A stretch of 24,000 nt of DNA from Desulfotruncus arcticus DSM 17038 (GTDB lineage Bacteria; Bacillota; Desulfotomaculia; Desulfotomaculales; Desulfallaceae), in NCBI RefSeq assembly GCF_900113335.1, contig NZ_FOOX01000023.1, positions 1 to 24,000 on the forward strand. The letters are read 5' to 3'. Each line of letters begins with the position of its first letter. Position 1 is the stretch's first letter. The position numbers and the translations under genes are program-made. This document shows positions 21,988 through 24,000 of the stretch, in pieces. Under the pieces are notes generated by a model that worked only from the letters and a program-made list of their open reading frames with translations, was not told the DNA's origin and did no database searches.

Positions 21988-23277
21988 TTAATCATTTGGC
22001 GTTAGCTGTTGAGGCATTTTCATCTCAACAGCGGTACTAACATCAGGGGCAGTGAATGAACCACCAGGTTCGGTAATGTTAATGTTGCCACTATATTTCA
22101 TGTCGATTTTAACCTGTTGTGGCTGGCTATCATTTTGTTCCCCTTCGGCTTTTGCAGGTGCCGGATTGTCTAATAACATTTCTAACCGTGCATCAAAATT
22201 AATTATATCAGTGATAAAAGTTTCCTTATTGATCAGCACCGAATAGTTATAATCCAATTTGGCAGTCTCAAAGAGTTTCTGCATTTGCTGCTGCAAATCA
22301 GCAGTATCGTTTGATTCTTGCGGCAAAGCCTGGGTCGCCTGCTGAATAATTTTTTGATAACCTTCCTTAAACTTTTCCATGTCTAAAGTGGCGTTTACTA
22401 CATAATATTCTTGATCGTTTACTGTTACATCGTTACCAAAGTTCAACAGTATCCCCATTTCTTTCATCTGCTCGGCAGCCTTCAACGGGTCGGACTGAAT
22501 GTCCTGCTGCTGTTTCCAAAATTCCGGAGAAAACGGCATATCCTGGACGAGCCAATCCTGACCGGGGGCTTTAATGTACATTTTTTCCTGGGTCATGTAG
22601 GTTTCAACATCCATTGGCTGGACAGTTTCTCCATCCACAGGAGCTAGCGTCTGTTTCATATAAATCTGAAACGGATCGTTTTGCATTTGGCCGGTTAATT
22701 TAGAGGTAATGTTTTGGGGAGCCGTTTCATCAATCTTCCCGTCCGCCGCTATATTCATGTTAATGTTAAACTGTCCGTCCATGGAATACGTATTAAATTC
22801 CTGTACCGCAGCTGTAGATTTTGCCAGAACGTCAGATACTGTCATGCCATCCCTGGTCTCACTGCGTTTTAATGTAGTCATCCCTTGATCATTTACCAAG
22901 CCAACTTCAAAACCAAAGGCATTACTCACAGAACGGAGGGGAATTAAAACTTTATCCCCCGCTTTCGTTGGTTCAGCGGTCAGCATCAACGATTTGTCAG
23001 CCAGCATTGCTTCCTTTTTCCCAACTGTAAGCTTCATGGTCGTGTCGTTCTCTTTAATAACAAAGTCATTTTCAGATTCCCACTGAACATCAGCACCCGA
23101 AAAAGCGGCATATATATCCACGGGGATCATGCTGGAACCATTAATCATGGATATACCGGGTGACGGCACCAGATCATCGTTTACCTGCAGCTTCATATCA
23201 TTTGCGGCAAAAGCAGGCAGGGATGCTGACAACATCACTAATACCAGCGAAATGATAACAAAAAATTTTTTCTTCAA
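21988..23277 (-). CDS. Secreted copper-amine-oxidase N-terminal (stalk) domain protein
   Basis: The signal peptide is 'MKKKFFVIISLVLVMLSASLPAFA'. The stalk-domain pattern is 'VNGSSMIPVDIYAAFSGADVQWE...VLIPLRSVSNAFGFEV'. The C-terminal ~280 aa are not recognised. Confidence 0.8.
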   Translation of the reverse strand: MKKKFFVIISLVLVMLSASLPAFAANDMKLQVNDDLVPSPGISMINGSSMIPVDIYAAFSGADVQWESENDFVIKENDTTMKLTVGKKEAMLADKSLMLTAEPTKAGDKVLIPLRSVSNAFGFEVGLVNDQGMTTLKRSETRDGMTVSDVLAKSTAAVQEFNTYSMDGQFNINMNIAADGKIDETAPQNITSKLTGQMQNDPFQIYMKQTLAPVDGETVQPMDVETYMTQEKMYIKAPGQDWLVQDMPFSPEFWKQQQDIQSDPLKAAEQMKEMGILLNFGNDVTVNDQEYYVVNATLDMEKFKEGYQKIIQQATQALPQESNDTADLQQQMQKLFETAKLDYNYSVLINKETFITDIINFDARLEMLLDNPAPAKAEGEQNDSQPQQVKIDMKYSGNINITEPGGSFTAPDVSTAVEMKMPQQLTPND

Positions 23278-23627
23278 AAGAACACCTCATCTTTAAAATT
23301 ATTTTGTTCCCAAAAAATCCTCTTTTTAAAAACTGCGCATGTACGCTTAGATAGTTTTGTTTCAAAACTTTTAGCTTGCCATACGCACCCCCTTTAAAAA
23401 ATACAAAATACACCTTAAATTAAAACACATCAAAACAAAAAAATATGACACTCTTGCAAATATTTCTGATATGTGCTATCCAGTCAAGCAGATAAAATTC
23501 TTGCTTATATTAGGACACTAAAAACCAGGTATTAGTTCCTAACAGCCAGTAATAATTGCTCTAATCGAGGTGAGGAATAGCGAAGCGACATGGCAACCTT
23601 GCTGGCAAACATTTATTGGTTATAACT

Positions 23628-23656
23628 TTGACAGCGCGCGCTTTACGTGGTAAAGT
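23628..23656 (+). promoter_or_regulatory. Sigma-A promoter of the zinc-ribbon gene
   Basis: TTGACA (23628-23633), a 17-nt spacer, then TAAAGT (23651-23656). This leaves a leader of ~110 nt before the start codon. Confidence 0.5.
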
Positions 23657-23771
23657 TAATTAAATTCCATGGTTAGGTTAATGCATTCTCCCCTTGTGGT
23701 TTTTCATTGGTTTAGGGCGGGTCGGCGTTTCCTTCAGCCAATGGATAAAACACTTTAGGAGGAGATTTTGA

Positions 23772-24000
23772 ATGTTTCAAGACCGTACTTTAACTTGCCG
23801 TGACTGTGGTGTTGATTTTGTTTTTTCAGCGTCTGAACAAGAATTTTTTGCAGAAAAAGGCTTTACCAACGATCCCAGCCGTTGCCCACAGTGCCGTGCA
23901 GCCAGAAAAGCCAACCGTCAAGGCGGTTTCGGCGGTGGCGGCAACTATCGTCAACAGCGTCAGATGTTCCCCGCAGTTTGTTCCAATTGCGGCAAAGAAA
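23772..24000 (+). CDS. Zinc-ribbon domain protein (partial, runs off the window)
   Basis: RBS AGGAGG is present. 'MFQDRTLTCRDCGVDFVFSASEQEFFAEKGFTNDPSRCPQCRAARK' carries two CxxC pairs. A Gly-rich linker and a second 'CSNCG' follow. No stop codon occurs within the window. Confidence 0.75.
   Translation, partial: MFQDRTLTCRDCGVDFVFSASEQEFFAEKGFTNDPSRCPQCRAARKANRQGGFGGGGNYRQQRQMFPAVCSNCGKE

Noticed and set aside
1-24000. A CRISPR array, rRNA, or IS elements with terminal inverted repeats.
   Set aside because: By eye I saw no regularly spaced 25-40-nt direct repeats, no rRNA-like sequence and no transposase ORF. The only repeats are those listed above: the parE fragments, the prgI 5' ends, ATATCCCTCC x3 and the operator repeats.

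Overview
This window is a mosaic accessory region, probably from a spore-forming Firmicute (Clostridia-like). That origin is inferred from a KinA-type soluble sensor kinase, a Spo0E-like gene, copper-amine-oxidase stalk-domain and LysM wall proteins, and PrgI/VirB4-type ICE genes. All calls rest on reading the sequence and on remembered family motifs; no searches were run.

Layout, left to right:
(1) 96-4349 (-): a translationally coupled four-gene operon, vsr, then dcm, then a 237-aa and a 663-aa ORF. The last two have no motifs I can recognise. This is my best candidate for an undescribed m5C-linked restriction or defence module.
(2) 4.7-6.35 kb: an island-junction junkyard. It holds a small DUF4145-like gene, the 3' remnant of a histidine kinase, an excisionase-type HTH gene, three ATATCCCTCC direct repeats, a partial tRNA-Leu(CAA) 3' copy ending in CCA, and a frameshifted ABC-ATPase gene.
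(3) 6393-8791 (-): a TetR-controlled operon (tetR, amidohydrolase, membrane M23 peptidase) with a clear promoter and operator.
(4) 9.07-12.07 kb: decayed ICE debris. It contains PrgI fused in frame to a frameshifted VirB4 N-terminus, which is deletion-joined to an M23 C-terminus. It also contains a Spo0E-like gene, two XRE regulators and a second PrgI 5' fragment.
(5) 12100-13687 (+): a degenerate LtrA-like group II intron. GTGCG follows directly after the T-run of an intrinsic terminator, domain V is intact, and the RT/maturase is broken in several frames.
(6) 13760-15274 (-): a WYL/YafY regulator co-operonic with a divergent UDG-superfamily protein. This is my second candidate system.
(7) 15.4-18.97 kb: an AraC/GyrI-like cassette flanked by parE-derived direct repeats, and two toxin-antitoxin loci whose toxins are inactivated while the antitoxins remain intact.
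(8) 19291-24000: what looks like core genome. It holds an orphan Cys-rich-PAS/GAF/PAS histidine kinase, a LysM protein, a stalk-domain secreted protein and a partial zinc-ribbon gene.

I saw no CRISPR array, no rRNA and no complete tRNA.
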